Assembly (NCBI GenBank): GCA_000165425.1
Contig: CT868219.1
Location: 376,728-440,727 of the forward strand
Length of the DNA stretch: 64,000 bases
DNA from: Paramecium tetraurelia
Taxonomy: Eukaryota
Direction: 5' to 3'
Position numbers and translations under genes: made by a program. This document shows, in pieces, positions 24,504-38,400 of the stretch (positions within the stretch are counted from its first letter, which is position 1; the number at the start of each line of letters is the position of its first letter). The notes under the pieces are model-generated. The model saw only the letters and a program-made list of their open reading frames with translations. It was not told where the DNA came from and did not search any database.

Positions 24504-25487
24504 ATGTTTATAAAAGAAGCCTATGAAAGAAGATAAAAATAGAGTGATGGAGAATAAGAAATATTATAGACTGAATAAAGAATTCATAAGATTGGTAGTA
24601 TCAAGAACAATAAAATGAACTACGATAAAGATGAGCAATTCTTTAGCAAAGAGGATATACCACAAAGAGCATTGTAAATTAAAGAAACTGTTTAAACTTT
24701 TGTTGATCCAGTAAATTTAATTTGCCATTTAATATGATAGGATATTTTAGGGTTGAGAAAGAAAGAATGGAATAGCAGCGTAGCATTTCCTAAGAATCCA
24801 TTATCAGAGGAAACCCATGAAAGAAAATTGGTTAAAATTCGATTAGGCCTATTTGATCATCCAATTCCCAAAGAGAAGGCTAATAAAATATATGAGGGCG
24901 TAGAAACCAGAGACAATTACATATTAGCAAAGTAAGGCTCGAGTAAATGGAATGTGAGTACAGAAACCAATAATCTCGAGTTCTAAAAGCAACTCATGAA
25001 TCAGACTAAGGATGCATTAAAGAATACCAAGACGAAGGAGGAAGAGATTATAAAAAACTATTTAAAGCCAATAGAACACTAGACTAAATTGTAATTAGAT
25101 CTTAGATCTCAGAAGATAAACGAGAAGGATATGAGAAGCAAGATAAGATTGGATTATCAGATGGCGAATCCTGCTGCTTCACAATAGGCGATTGATGGGG
25201 CGGTCTTTAGATTGGCTTATGAGAACAAATTAAGCAAAAACCAAGAGCAAATTCAAGTAAGGATTTATATGTTAATAGAGGATAAAAACTACACTTTTAA
25301 GCCGGATATGGCGAGAACTTTGAAATAGGATTTGGATTATAAGTATTGTCATAATGGTGTTTGGTAAAAGATGCCAGATGGGAGCGAGGGTTGGTCGTGC
25401 TGCATGAATAGTACATTGGAATCGAAGGGATGCATAACGATAAAGATCGATAGGAACAAGTGGGATTATTCGTCATTTACACATTGA
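24504..25487 (+). CDS. Protein with C-terminal Btk-type zinc-finger-like motif
   Basis: C-terminus YKYCHNGVW...GWSCCMNSTLESKGC; two tiny introns. Confidence 0.7.
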
Positions 25488-25526
25488 TTTATTAAATTAT
25501 ATCAGATAATATAAATAAATTTTGAA

Positions 25527-27670
25527 ATGGGGAATTCAGATAGTAACGCAAGCATTAAAGCCTTGCATGCTAACTACATGGTGGTTCGTAATATCAAAGA
25601 CGATCCAAGGTATGGGGAAGGCAGAATAGTGAAATAGAAGCAGACAAAACAAGAGGCGTTTTAGAAGGAGATCAATTTGACAGATGAAGATAAATTCAAG
25701 AAGCTCAAAGTAATGTTGGAGAAGAAGGAAAGTAACACATACGATAACCTCATAAATGTTACTAGTATTAAAGTTTGCATAACATTATCTAGAGCTCTAT
25801 TATCATGAGGATAGTTAATTCTGTGGGCAATTTTTTAAAATTTACATTTTGTTAGAATTTATTCCATTTTGCTTATATGATATCATAGAGCAGAGATTAG
25901 CTAAGAAACAATAGTTCAGAGAATAAGAGCTGATGCAAATACTCAAGGGATGCATTGAGGCTTTGTTCATTTTGCAATACTAAAATATCACACACTAAGC
26001 CATACGGCCAGATACTATATCTTATTTGGAATAATATCCATTTGTGAAATTGACTGATCCTACTGTGAGTGGAGTGTTGAGTTCATTTCAATTAGTGGTG
26101 TAAGACGAATTGAAATAAATCAATTAGAACTATCTGAGTCCTCAGTTGATGCAATCTTTGAACGATGAAATGCAACCACAGCACAACCCTTATAAAAGTG
26201 ATGTATATTCATTAGGAATGACAATGCTCCACCTCTCAACCCTTAATAATTGCGATGATTGCTATGACATTCCAAGATCAAAAGTACTCCATCAACAAGT
26301 CCAACGTAGATTACAATAAATAGAGCCCTCTTTTTCATCCTAATACATTCAAATACTCCGAGAAATGTTACTCCTCAATGAAGACTAAAGACCAGATTTC
26401 ATACAATTAAAATAGGAATTGCAAGGAGTTTCTACTATTCAATCTCCCTAATAACCCTATTATTAAGAAGAATACGTAATACAATCAAAGAAGGCACCCA
26501 TCGTTTAAGTGTAAGCTTATGAATAGGCAGTGGAAAGTTTCTCAATTCAACAGCCATCACAAACACCTTAAATGATTATGCATTCAGAATAGAGTGCTAA
26601 GTTTAATATCCAACAATCTACATAATCCATACGGAATAGTTAGGTCTAGAAATCTTAGCAATTAAAACAGTCTCAATAAGTCAATCAATCCATTTATGTT
26701 GATCGTAATGGAGTATAAGAATTGAGACCAGACATCTGCGATCATATCAAAATAGTAATTAACTCTTGTATATTATTAGTTGCCCTTGTCTGAACAAGTA
26801 TCTGAACCATCTGAAATCGATCATAATATTGGAAACCAAATTGGAATGGATCAATTTCTAGATGTTACTCATGAGCCTGATCAACAAGAGAACTTGATGC
26901 CAATCACCTCTTTTGAGACTTCTTAATAATATTAACACTACTAAAATATGTAACAATCCAAATAAAATTAACCTGCCTCATATGAATCATATAAAATGGA
27001 TTATAATATGCAAGCCAATCATTTATCTAATAACAATAAATATGATTATTTGTATGATAGAAATTTAAGCAATTAAGAGAAACTTATGAATTATTAGAAT
27101 GACCTCAAAAGAACATTCGAACACCTCTCAGTCTAGGCTGAAAAAGTGATCGAAGTTTATGCAAATGGGTCAAAATATGATGGTGAGAAATTAAATGGTA
27201 TGAGACATGGAAATGGGACATTCTTCTATTAAGATAATGGAGGAGTTTATGAGGGCCAATGGTTTGAAAACAAAATGCATGGAAGCGGTAATATTGTACA
27301 TTCTACAATAGGAACTCTGTTTTACGCATCAGGTAAACCTGCATATGAAGGATAGTGGGTCAACGATAAGTTTTAAGGTAAGGGCACTTTGTACAATGAG
27401 GAACCATAAATGCTATTTAGTGATTTCGATTACGGAGATTTTGATTAAGTTGGAGAGTAAGTATCTTGAATGAATTTTAGGTATTGGACCAAATATGTTG
27501 GGTAATTCCATGAGGATAATAAAGAGGGATAAGGAACTTTATATTTGTCAAATGGCGATAAATTCGAAGGAAATTTCCTACAAGACTTAGTTAGTGGTCC
27601 AGGGAAGTATATTAAAGTGAATGGATAAGTGTTTTCAGGGAGATGGTGGAGAAACAAACTATAATCGTGA
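25527..27670 (+). CDS. N-myristoylation-motif pseudokinase with C-terminal MORN repeats
   Basis: MGNSDS start; kinase fold with THQAIRPDTI and KLTDP in place of HRDxKP and DFG; KSDVYSLG; RPDF; MORN repeats (YDGEKLNGMRHGNG, YEGQWFENKMHG, YEGQWVNDKFQGKG, YVGQFHEDNKEGQG). Confidence 0.85.
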
Positions 27671-28056
27671 AATTAATTTAATTAGATATATATTAATAAA
27701 TAAATTGATATAATTCTTATTGAAGTTATTTTCATTTCTTAAATGAAAATTTATGATTATTCTTTAAATTTATTATATCAATATCTAAATAAATTAGTTT
27801 GAAGTTTGATAAAATAGGAATAAATATTGTGAATAAGTAATTCAATTATTAGAATTTAAAGTAACCCATAAACTATACATTTAAATACAATTAATGAGTA
27901 TTTAAGAAAGGAAACATCGAATTTTATTTATAGTTAAAATATATGAATATATTTAATCATTAAATTCATTACAAAAATATTTAATCTTTCTAATTAAAAA
28001 CTATAAGGAATCTCAATAAATACTAAATAACTTTTTATATAACATTTATATAAAGT

Positions 28057-29136
28057 TCATATTTTAATAACTAAAGATAATGTTTTTAGTACCGAAGGAA
28101 TGGGCAATCTATTTTGATCCATGACTTTTGTTAAGCCTTTGAAAACTGCCAGTTCCTAGGTATTTTTTTGATATTGCTCGATTAGTTGATCAATTATTTA
28201 ATTCGAATTTTAATTATCATACAAATTTTAGGGTTTTACATCTGAATATTCTTAACAATAAGATGATCTCTTTTTCTATTGTTCTTCTCTTGATTATATA
28301 TTTAAATGATCTACGTCTTACAATTATAAATGGTTCACAATATCCTGAATCTAATTCCTATTACCTATGCCTTATTCTAATTCCTTCAATTGAGATAAGT
28401 GACATTAGCATGGCTTTGAAAGGGTTAGTAATTATTAATTAAGTTATTCTAGTTCCAAAATCTAATGCTTATAAATAAATACCTTTTATTCCAATTTGCA
28501 CACCTTCTTTTGAAGTATCAAGTTCTCCTTCAATAATTTTTGATAATCCTCAGTTTTGTGTTTAGAAGAGTTAGTATATTCTCTGCTATTTATAGTACTC
28601 TTTTAAGTGGATTCTATTTCTGGAATACGATACACTAATTCAATCTATTTATAATACATTATTTGTTGATGTAAGATATATTATCATTTTCCTACATTTT
28701 TGCTAATACCTAGGCAATTGCTTATTATGATTACGAGATGCTGATTTATTTGTTCTTTTACATAGTTGACAATCTAGGGTTGTTTGGAGATCTAGAATAG
28801 TTTTGCACGATACTTTTAAATGGGAGATGTTTTTCTAAGTTTATCCGAACTCTCACTCAAATTTATAGTAGCCTTTCGAGCTGATAAAATTGTATTTTAT
28901 TGCTGTAAAAACAAAGCATTCTGAATTGGGAAATTTAATCCTTCTGCTTTTATTATATTATTTGCGGCTTTATCTTTTACTTATTTAGTTCTAATTCAAC
29001 ATTTATTTTAATACATTTTATCTCGAGAGTTACTATTATGATAATTTTTAGGAGGTGTCAAGCTTGGAACTCTTTTTGTAGATAATATGTTAGTTGTGTT
29101 TAATTAATAGTAACTCCTGTTGTTTTGGTGATTCAT
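28057..29136 (-). CDS. Hypothetical protein with disordered N-terminus and coiled-coil C-terminus
   Basis: MNHQNNRSYYQLNTTNILSTKRVPSLTPPK...; 24-nt intron 28991-29014; ends ...LSLVIKI*. Confidence 0.6.
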
Positions 29137-29589
29137 ATATATATTTATAATATGTTAAAACAATTATTAAATACAATTTTACTTCAATTGATTTTGTTGA
29201 TTGCTGAGATAAAAGTAAATAACTAATTAAATAAATAGCATAATAAATTAACAATGTATACATAAAAATATAAATGATGGGATTTCATAAAGATTATATC
29301 TGTTACCTTTCTTTGGATCTTAGGCAATACTTAATTATTTGAGTAAATAGCAGTATGATAGAGATCAATTAATTATATATTTAAAAGCCTATTTACTTTT
29401 TATTAGAAATAAAATCAATAATTACTATTATAAAATAATAATAGAGATTAGTCCTTATGTTAAATAACATATAAGATCTATTTCTATGATGTTAAAATAT
29501 TTTTGTAACAAAAAATAACTTTAAAGTAGTAAGCAAATAAAATTTATGTCAGTTTATTAGAATATAACTATCTATTTAATAATATATTA

Positions 29590-30462
29590 TCATTTCTTGT
29601 TATAAATAAAGTTTTTCATATTATTGTTTGTCCTTTCACCATTATACTTTGAATTAAATTGCATTTTCATGTCATTAAACTAGAAGGCATAATTTTATAA
29701 TGAAATATGATTGGATAAAAATGGAGATTTCGTTTTGGCTGATGTATTGACACTAGATTTCTTGCTACCCCCCAATTTAACAGTATGTAAAAAGCCATCA
29801 AAGTTCTATTTTAAAAAAGGGGTTGTATTTGGTTACTCAGTTTTGCAAGTAAACAAATTTGAAATTTATCTTTACATTTCTCTAAATTTATCATCCTTAA
29901 CTTCTAGTTTAGATTTTGGATATTAATCTGGTTTTGGTGGAGAGATAACCTTTGGTGGAGAAGCTGTCCTATCTAATAGAGGAGGAGTATTAAATTAATT
30001 GATTGTAAAGTCTCCTTAAATGTTGATGTATTTCGTAGGAGAATTATTTGATTTGTAACTATCAAAGAGATTTGAGAATTATTAGGAAGATCCTGATTTT
30101 TAGAGTATAGAGGATTAATGAGGTTGTAAATATGTTTTAATAGGTTGGAGTTCCTTATCATCGTTACATTGTTAGGTTTCATCAGACATCCACAATTATT
30201 CAAATTCTTCTCTTGTAATCTCTTAGCTTTTGGATGAATTTAATAAATTAAAGATTGAGGTGATCTAACTATTAAGCATAATTTGAAAATAATACCTATT
30301 AGAGGTAATGCCATGATTAGCTTTGAGTTCAATAGTCAGTTCTTCTAAATCTATTGATCCATTTTTATTTTGATCAATGGAGTCAAAAGTGGCCTTAAGA
30401 TTAGAAAATCTGGATTGTAAATTTGTTTTCACCTTCTTCCATAGTTGTACTTTTTAAAGCAT
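29590..30462 (-). CDS. EF-hand protein with disordered tail
   Basis: FDSIDQNKNGSIDLEEL canonical EF-hand, followed by a degenerate second hand FNLLNSSKSQEITREEF. Confidence 0.8.
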
Positions 30463-30543
30463 ATTCGTTATAAAATTAATTTAAATTTATTCAAATTAAA
30501 TTGGTTAAGGTTTTATTAGGATTTATTAATATTGTAATATTTT

Positions 30544-31020
30544 ATGGAGAATTAAACATAAGTTCAATAATAATTTATCTGCAGAAAGCTTGAGCTAGAA
30601 GATTATCAAAAAGGATTTCTCCTTTGTTTGTCTTATTTAACAAAAACACCGGACCTTCCCTTCGAGAAATTTAAGGAAATATATAACAACTATCCTGGAT
30701 GTGTGTATGTAGTCGAGGATGTTTAAGCGAAGTTGATTGCTTCTACGATAAGTTTAGTCATTGAATAGAATATCTTTGAGACCAAATATTATATTGAAAA
30801 CGTTGTAACTCATCCAGATTATAGAGGAAAGGGTTTCGTAAGGGAATTGATGGAAAAAATCAAATCGGATGTGAAAGATCTGGTAAAAAAGGAAAATGGT
30901 GAAAATGGAAATGAAAATAATCAAATATCATTGGAATTGTATTGCAAGTAGGAAACAAAAGGTTTATATGAAAAACTAGGGTTCTAAGAAGATGGTTTTA
31001 TTGCTTCCAAATACGTTTGA
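30544..31020 (+). CDS. GNA1: GNAT acetyltransferase, divergent GNA1-like
   Basis: Intronless 158-aa ORF: RKLELEDYQKGFLLCLSYLT, IENVVTHPDYRGKG, LYEKLGF. Confidence 0.75.
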
Positions 31021-31036
31021 ATATTAATAATATTTA

Positions 31037-32120
31037 ATGATAATTAATATTAGTGACTTATTCTTGAGTTTTATAGGAGGAATCATGATTGGAGTGGCAT
31101 GTAGTATACATTACATCACAAAAGGAAGGATAACTGGGATTAGTGGTATTTATTATGGTGTAATTACATTTAATTGGGATGAATTTTATTGGAAACTATC
31201 TATTCTTTGTTCACTAGTTTTTTCAACTGGATTAATGTATTAGATATTCGGGTATTATATTCAATATTTAAAGAGATGAGAGCATTATGGCAAGTTCATC
31301 TTTGGCCTTTAACGAAATACGTCAAATTACCAGTTTATCTTATACAATTGCAGGAATTAGTGGTTTATTGATAGGTTGTGGTGCTAAATTGTGTAATGGA
31401 TGTACAACAGGTCATGGATTTTGTGGTATAGCAAGGATATCCATGCGTTCATTTGTGGCTTTTGGTTTGTTCATACTATTTGGAGTGTTAAGTTGTTTTA
31501 TCACTATGAGTGAACACAAAGAAGATGGTGAGGAGAAATACAATTATAATCATGTCTCAATAATAATGATTGGATTAAGTTTAGTATTACTGTCAGCTTG
31601 TCTACTGGGAGCATATGTGAACAAAGAATAATTTATCGATACTATCGTAGCAATACCTGTTGGATTGCTTTTAGGAGTGGGAGTAGTATTTTCAGGGATG
31701 ATTAAAAGAACAACCGTTTTGAGTTTTCTTTCTTTGTAGTAGTGGAATCCATAATTTTTATTTGCTGTTTTAGGGGCAATTGTAGTATGTTATTTTGGAT
31801 TTAGATTATTGAACAAGCCTCTCTTTGATGTAGAATTTTAATACCCTCCTACAAAGAAAGTGACAAACATTCTATTGGTAGGAGCTTCTTTATTTGGATT
31901 TGGATGGGGAATGACTGGGATATGCCCTCTAGTGGGACTAGCTTTGTTTCCTTAATTTACATGGTAAGTTGGATTGATGTATTTGGGATCAGTATCTATG
32001 GGGATGAGAATCGCACAATGTTATCTTAATAAATATTAGAAAGTTGATGATTAAGTCCTTGAATTCAATAGCAATAATTATATAATAAAAAATGACAATG
32101 AATAAAATGATAGATTTTGA
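31037..32120 (+). CDS. YeeE/YedE (thiosulfate/sulfur transporter) family, two halves fused
   Basis: GGIMIG...GRITGISG; GAKLCNGCTTGHGFCGIARISMRS; GVGVVFSGM...VLSFL...WNP; LFGFGWGMTGICP; one intron at about 31252-31273. Confidence 0.88.
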
Positions 32121-32171
32121 TATATATTAATTTATATATACTAAATTATATTGTACAATTATAAGAATTAA

Positions 32172-33187
32172 TCAATTAACATGTGAAAGAGGAAGTAGTT
32201 TTCTTTTAATGAATTCATAACTTGCCCATGCAGTAGCTCCAGACATAGTCTACATGCATAATCTTGGTAGCAATCCTTTATAGAAACCAAGATAACCCTC
32301 TTCTTTCAATATTGTTTTTATAGTTCCAAAGAAGGAATTATATTTAACTTAGGAGGAGTTAAGATGCCAACTCTAAGTCTGTAATTTGGTTTTGACAACA
32401 TCCAATGGATTCATAACACAAACAGCTGCGCATCCTGCCAAAGCCGCACAACAGAAGTGGGTGACAAAATTATGTTCTGATTTCTTAAACATTAAAGTCT
32501 TGGTAGTTTCATTGGCAGCAAAAAATATGGCCTAATAAGGGGCAGACATTAACTAATTTGAATTATCTAAAGTACATAAGTGATTGGAAAACTTCGATAA
32601 AATGCGATCAGTCCTTCTTACTTTAAGACTGTTCTGACTGTTCTCTTGAAACTCTTCTCTTAGATTTGCTATCTTTATTTTATAACTTAATTTTAATAAT
32701 AGAGATACCATCAAATGGTACCATAATTAGATCATGCCATAGAGTTGATACAGCTCCGATAAAAGCAAAGGCTTAAGGATGGATATCTTCATCATTAACA
32801 TTCAGAAGAGTTTTCAAAATCTTGTATATCCCCAATTACTTATACCTCGTAACTACTGAAATAAAATGCATGAGCTGGCATACAACCTGCTGTGACTGCT
32901 CCATATCCATTAAAGAAAGTCTTTAATCCTTATTTCCTAAAATTCCAATTTGTTCATACCTCAAAGATGAAACTGTCTACGAGAACTTCGAATCAGGGAG
33001 CACTTAAAGATGAGTCTAGTTTACATAGTTTAGAGAGTACCTTCACATTATCTAATGGCAACATTGATACATGTTCAATCAATCCTGCTAAGCAACCAGC
33101 TTAAAATTTTCTTAAATTAATACCAATCATGTGTACTTTAAGCGGAGTGTTTTCAGATCTTTTTTCCCAATCCTCAATTTCCATCAT
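32172..33187 (-). CDS. MRS3: Mitoferrin (MRS3/4-like mitochondrial iron carrier)
   Basis: MEIEDWEKR...HMI/AGCLAGLIEHVSMLPLDNVK; GCMPAHAFYFSSYE; HDLIMVPFD; NPLDVVKTKLQ; SWASYE. Confidence 0.88.
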
Positions 33188-33274
33188 AAATTAATATTAA
33201 AAAGGATAAAATTTTATTATTATTTTCTCCAATTTAAAATGAACATGAATCATATTTTTCATATAAACAATCAA

Positions 33275-34158
33275 TCACATAGTTATAAAATAATAGAAGA
33301 ACACTATGCCCACAAAATATACGACCAAAACTACCAAATTATATAATTGATTAATACTTTTGATAATATTTATTTTTGTATTGCTAAAAATCTATTTAAG
33401 TTTTGGGAATCCCAAATAATTACAATAGGAATGAAGCAGTATTACACTTATCAAAGAGCGAGTCTTCAGAAACACAGTTGCAGCATAAAATCCAAATATG
33501 AATGTGAACATTAAAATGAATACTATGATTTTAAACTATAACATTACAGGTTGTTAAAAGTGCCTTCATGAAACAAGCCTTAAAATCCCTAAATTTATTT
33601 GCTTCATTGTTGTAGATACTCCTATATTTTCTTTCCTTTTTGAAAAATGAGAAGAATTTATGAGAATGAGCAAGAGAAAACAAAATTGAAGTTATTAAAC
33701 GAAAGTCACTCTAATCTTCTATATTTTAATAAAAAAGTGCCCTAAATGTAATCTCTTCTAAAAGTGGAGCCTATCTCATCAATAAAATATAGTACCAATA
33801 CTATTCTTATCAACATCCTATCGTCAAAAACTTGATTTTGATTAAATCTATTTACAGAGTTTTCCTTTATTAGTACTTTATCCATAATTTAATTATATAT
33901 AGGACCCAAGAATAAAAAAGTATTGCAAATCAAAGGGAATAAGATTGAATTCAAATCTACTTTTATGTGAATGCATTCCACTATGGATGAACAATTGCCA
34001 ATTAAAAATCTTTGATTTAATATCATCAATAAGACTGAAGTAGCCACGCTTAAGGTCTTGAGTTTAGCATTGGCACTCAAATTAAAATATCTTTTTATTT
34101 ATTTCCAAACGTAGACGCTTGAAATAAACATAATAGTGTATAGTAAAGGAATTTGCAT
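33275..34158 (-). CDS. RCE1: CAAX prenyl protease 2 (Rce1, CPBP family)
   Basis: APLLEEITFRA, LFSLAHSH, FTFIFGFYA...KTRSL...LLHSYCNYLGFP. Confidence 0.9.
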
Positions 34159-34228
34159 TAAATAATTATATTTTGATATTTTTAAAATTACTAACAAGTT
34201 TTTATACAAATCAAAATAGATACTATCT

Positions 34229-35065
34229 TCACAATTAATCATTCAGTTCTGTTATTTGATTATATCTCCATTAATTAATAAATATAGAATTTATGATCAA
34301 GGCAATCGAGCATGCTAATTCAAGAAATACTGTAAAATTATAAAATGAGAATGAACACTCCATTTATCCCTAAATATTAATAGAATTTTACCTTCATTTT
34401 CTCTTCTATAGAAAATTCCTCCTATAAATTGCATAAATTGTAATTATTTATCTATGAAGCTTTGATTGAAATATAATCAAAATAAGCAGATATCAACTAA
34501 TATGTTACAACATCAATATACTAACAAAACAGAAAAGGCTATTCCTATTTAAAAACTAAGTTCGCCATACTTCTTATTTGACTTTCGCAAGGCATAGATT
34601 CCGATCAACACACTTGAGATAGAAAGCAATATGAAACATAATCTAACTTCTGAAACAGCTATTTCCCAAGGACATTCAATCTTTATTCAATGAAATAACG
34701 CATACAATTGCACTGGCTTAAAGGTCTTGTTTCACTTTCAAAAATATTTCTGATCTTATTGGACCACTTATGGTTTTACAATTCATAGTCCTTCTCATTT
34801 CCACACAAATGTAATGGCCTCCTGTAATGATTAAATGAAGGTCATACTATTATTTGCAGATTCAATTTCACAAGTCCACTTATCATCAGAGCCAATAATA
34901 CTGTAAAATAGTAAAATTAATAATAATCCCTAAGATTCTTTTGTTTTATTTTACTAGTGCAACCAAATTTAAGATCAAACTCTTCTTGGTATTTCCATCA
35001 CTTTCGTACAATAATTTCTTGGCTTACCAAATTTCTTTGTTTGTTTTTGCTTATATATCCAGCAT
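34229..35065 (-). CDS. Four-TM membrane protein with Cys-containing loops
   Basis: Five tiny introns; TM segments LILNLVALGLLLILLFYSII, RLCFILLSISSVLIGIYAL, FQIGIAFSVLLLISAYF, FTVFLELACSIALIINSIFI. Confidence 0.75.
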
Positions 35066-35484
35066 ATTAAATACGTGTAAAATTAATAATTATTTCTAAC
35101 ACATATAACTATTACAATATATGTTGTTTTACTTAAATTAGTAGTCCTACAATAAGTATCTCCTGTATTGATGAATTGTGTAGGAAACAGAAAATATGAT
35201 TTTGACTTTTCTTATTCATTAAATATCTATCAAAGTTTATGGAGGATGAGAATTCTTGTTTTTGTTAAATTAAGTTTGTGTAGTGCTTTAGTTAATTAAA
35301 AAAATGGATAAGTAAATAATAATTAAATTATTTATAACGATGATTTTAAATAATTATGGCTCTTTCTGGTTTATTTTAGTGCTTCTGTTTTTTATTTATC
35401 ATACTATGAGGTCATAAAAGAAAAAAAGTAAATTAAAATTAATTAAAAATCATAATTGATACTTACAAATATATTTATCCGACC

Positions 35485-38400
35485 ATGTTCAAAAGTCTTA
35501 TACCAATTAAACTATTTTACACTTCTGAATTTTACCGGATTTACAATAAAATTAGTAGGAATAAATCTTTAAGCTTGTTTTTGATACTGATTTCTTAATC
35601 ATAGATATACTATTTAATATGCCATCCCTTTTCTAAGCTTTTTCAAATATATGCAAAACCCCTTTTTTTGTTTAACAAATTCTTTTAGAATATCAAGTAG
35701 TGAATTTACTTATTAATAGTCTTGACTTTCAATTTGATAACACTGAAATATGGTCTGAACTTTTCTTGATTTTAATGTTGGCTTTGCAATTATTATATTT
35801 TTTGTGTTTTATCCATCTTTACTATAGTTAAAGAATTAAAGTTAGGAATCAGCTCTTGAGGAAATAGTTTTCGTCACTTTAGTAACGGGACTCAGAAGTA
35901 TTAATCTCTTTATTTTAGAATGAATCAAATAGTGCAATCAATTTGATTTAAGTATCTGAAATTTATATATCATTTGGAACAAGGATTTACAAATAATTGT
36001 TTCATTATCCAATTATTCAATTGGCCTTCCGATAAATATTCACATTATCAAACTAAAGTAAACATAAGATTATAAATTTAGATTCTGATTTGAATTCTTA
36101 TTAAATTTTAGTATTAATCATCACCTACTTAGTATTCTCACTTAATATCTTATTCTATATTCTGAACGAAACACATAACATCCAATACTCATTCAAAAAG
36201 GTAGATTATCTATCCCGTTTTTATTCATTTGGCACTCTGCTGCAATCATTCACAATAGAAACCATGATAATTGTGGTTTCAATTTTAGATAATTTAGGAA
36301 TGGATGAGATGGTCACTTTGATGATTCAAATAACCCTGCTGACTCTAATTTTAATATTATCCTATAAAAACCCATAATATTAAGAGGAATTGGTAAATAA
36401 AATTCAGATATAATCTTTTTCCCTTTATTTATCCATTATTTTGTGTATACTCATATTTGCGGAAGGACTTCACTAGGATTTTTCGGAATTGATAATGATA
36501 ATACTTCCATTTGTATTTGAGATTTCTAAGTTAACATTACGAAAATAGGAGAACAAGACGCAAAATTTAAGTTATGAAAATAAGAATTTCGATTGTTTGA
36601 TGATGAACATTTATAATCAGTGCTAAGAAACTCTAGGTAGAAATGGAATATTGTTAAATGAAAGTAAATAAGAATTGCCAAAAAATTTAAATCTTTATTC
36701 ATTTTCCACCAACCATTTAATTAATTGCGAAAATGTAATCGATTGTTTTTGTTGCTGCTACAAAAAGCAAGATGATCGCTTTACTTCTCGATCAATAATT
36801 TAAACAATATGTAAAGGAATTAATAAGATTCCATTACGAATTAAAATTATTGAGTTTAAACAAAAATAATTCGTAACAATATGTCAAAAGCTACTTTTAT
36901 TATATCCTATACATATCAAAAGGTGATTAAGTAACCTACAAAGGCATTTCATGAGATAATCAAATTGAAGAATAACATGTATACTGGTATGAACCTCTTG
37001 AATCAAATGTTCACAAATTCAATTGAAAATCTGGTCAAACAAGATTTTTTAATGATGATTGAAAACAAAAACATTACCAATCAAAAATATGATTGCTTCA
37101 AAGTCTTTAATTACATCCAGTCAATAAACTAATGGAAGGAAAAGTTTGGATAAATCTTATAGATGTAAAAATAGTGGTACATGACTCTATTAAACAAAAA
37201 TCTTACATAACTTATAACTGATGGTATACACTTGTAAAATTTAATCTCTGCATAAGAACAATAACTTAAACTACTCTTTAGTTAAAATCCACTTTCCTAA
37301 TAGTGCCATGTCTTAATCCATTTATTTTATAAGTACATTAATTTCAATAAGAGAAAGATTGAAATTCCTGCATTGGATTCTTCCCTTGCTTATAAATTTT
37401 CGAATTCAATAAACGGAATTTTGTTTCATAAAGAAGCTAGTCTTGTCTATTTAACATTATTAGATACTAAAGGGATCATCAAAAATTACACTAAAACATT
37501 TAGAGATGCTCTGTGTACAATAGATAGTGAAATAATGAATAATTCCATCAATAATTTCATTCCAGATATTATAGCAGAAGTGCATGATCAATATCTAGAC
37601 AACTTTGTTGAGAGAGGGAGAATCAATATAATGAAATCAGACAGAAGATTTCTACTGGTCAAAAATAAATTAGGGTTTATATTTCCAATAATAGCTAAGG
37701 TTAGATTGGAGACAGATTTGGGATCAGATTTTGGTTCATCTGCTCTTATTCTTCCTACTTATCAAAATTATCATTACATTATGTTGAATAAACATGGTTT
37801 AATGGAAGAGATTAGCAATAAATTGTATAATGAAGTTATCTTACCAATTCTTTGCGTTGATCTAAAAGGTCTTAAATCTTTGGATTGTCTCAAATTAATA
37901 CCAAAGTTAATAAAGAGTTGGAAATCACTAAATTAAACTAATGTTTTGGACTAGGAACTGAAAGAACCAACTCAATCATATATTGTGATTCCAAAGAAAA
38001 GAAAAAAATAATAAATACTTTTATCCTCTTAAGTAAAAGAGAGGAAGTAAACCATTTATGATTTCTTAAAAGGTTAGGATCTAGTTAATGAGAAATACTT
38101 TGACAACTTCAAAGAGATGTATATGTTTCGAATTACATTCAAAATTGTTGAGTTTCACACATTTTAAGAAACGTAAGCTACATTTTTAATTTTAGGATTT
38201 ATTGTATTGAGATTTAAACAATTAAGCCTGTTCGCGAATCACAAAGAATAGAAATATTTGAAAAATTGATAGAAAAATCAGAATATGTGAATTTGAGTAG
38301 AAAATTCATAAAAATTAATCAAGAGAAAATGGATTTCAAGAAGTTAAAAACTAAAAAGTTAGAAGTAACTAATTAAAAGGAATCACTAGGGTTCATATCC

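Noticed and set aside
28991..29014. In-frame TGA as possible selenocysteine or read-through
   Set aside because: It lies in a 24-nt (3n) GT..AG intron; stop-containing 3n introns are an established Paramecium feature
30544..34158. GNA1-YeeE-mitoferrin-RCE1 as a functional (Fe-S supply) cluster
   Set aside because: Mixed orientations, and tight spacing is general in this window; there is no evidence of co-regulation
33300..34480. Plus-strand frame with many TGA codons at Trp-like positions, suggesting a TGA=Trp code or read-through
   Set aside because: They are antisense TCA (Ser) codons of the minus-strand RCE1 and four-TM genes
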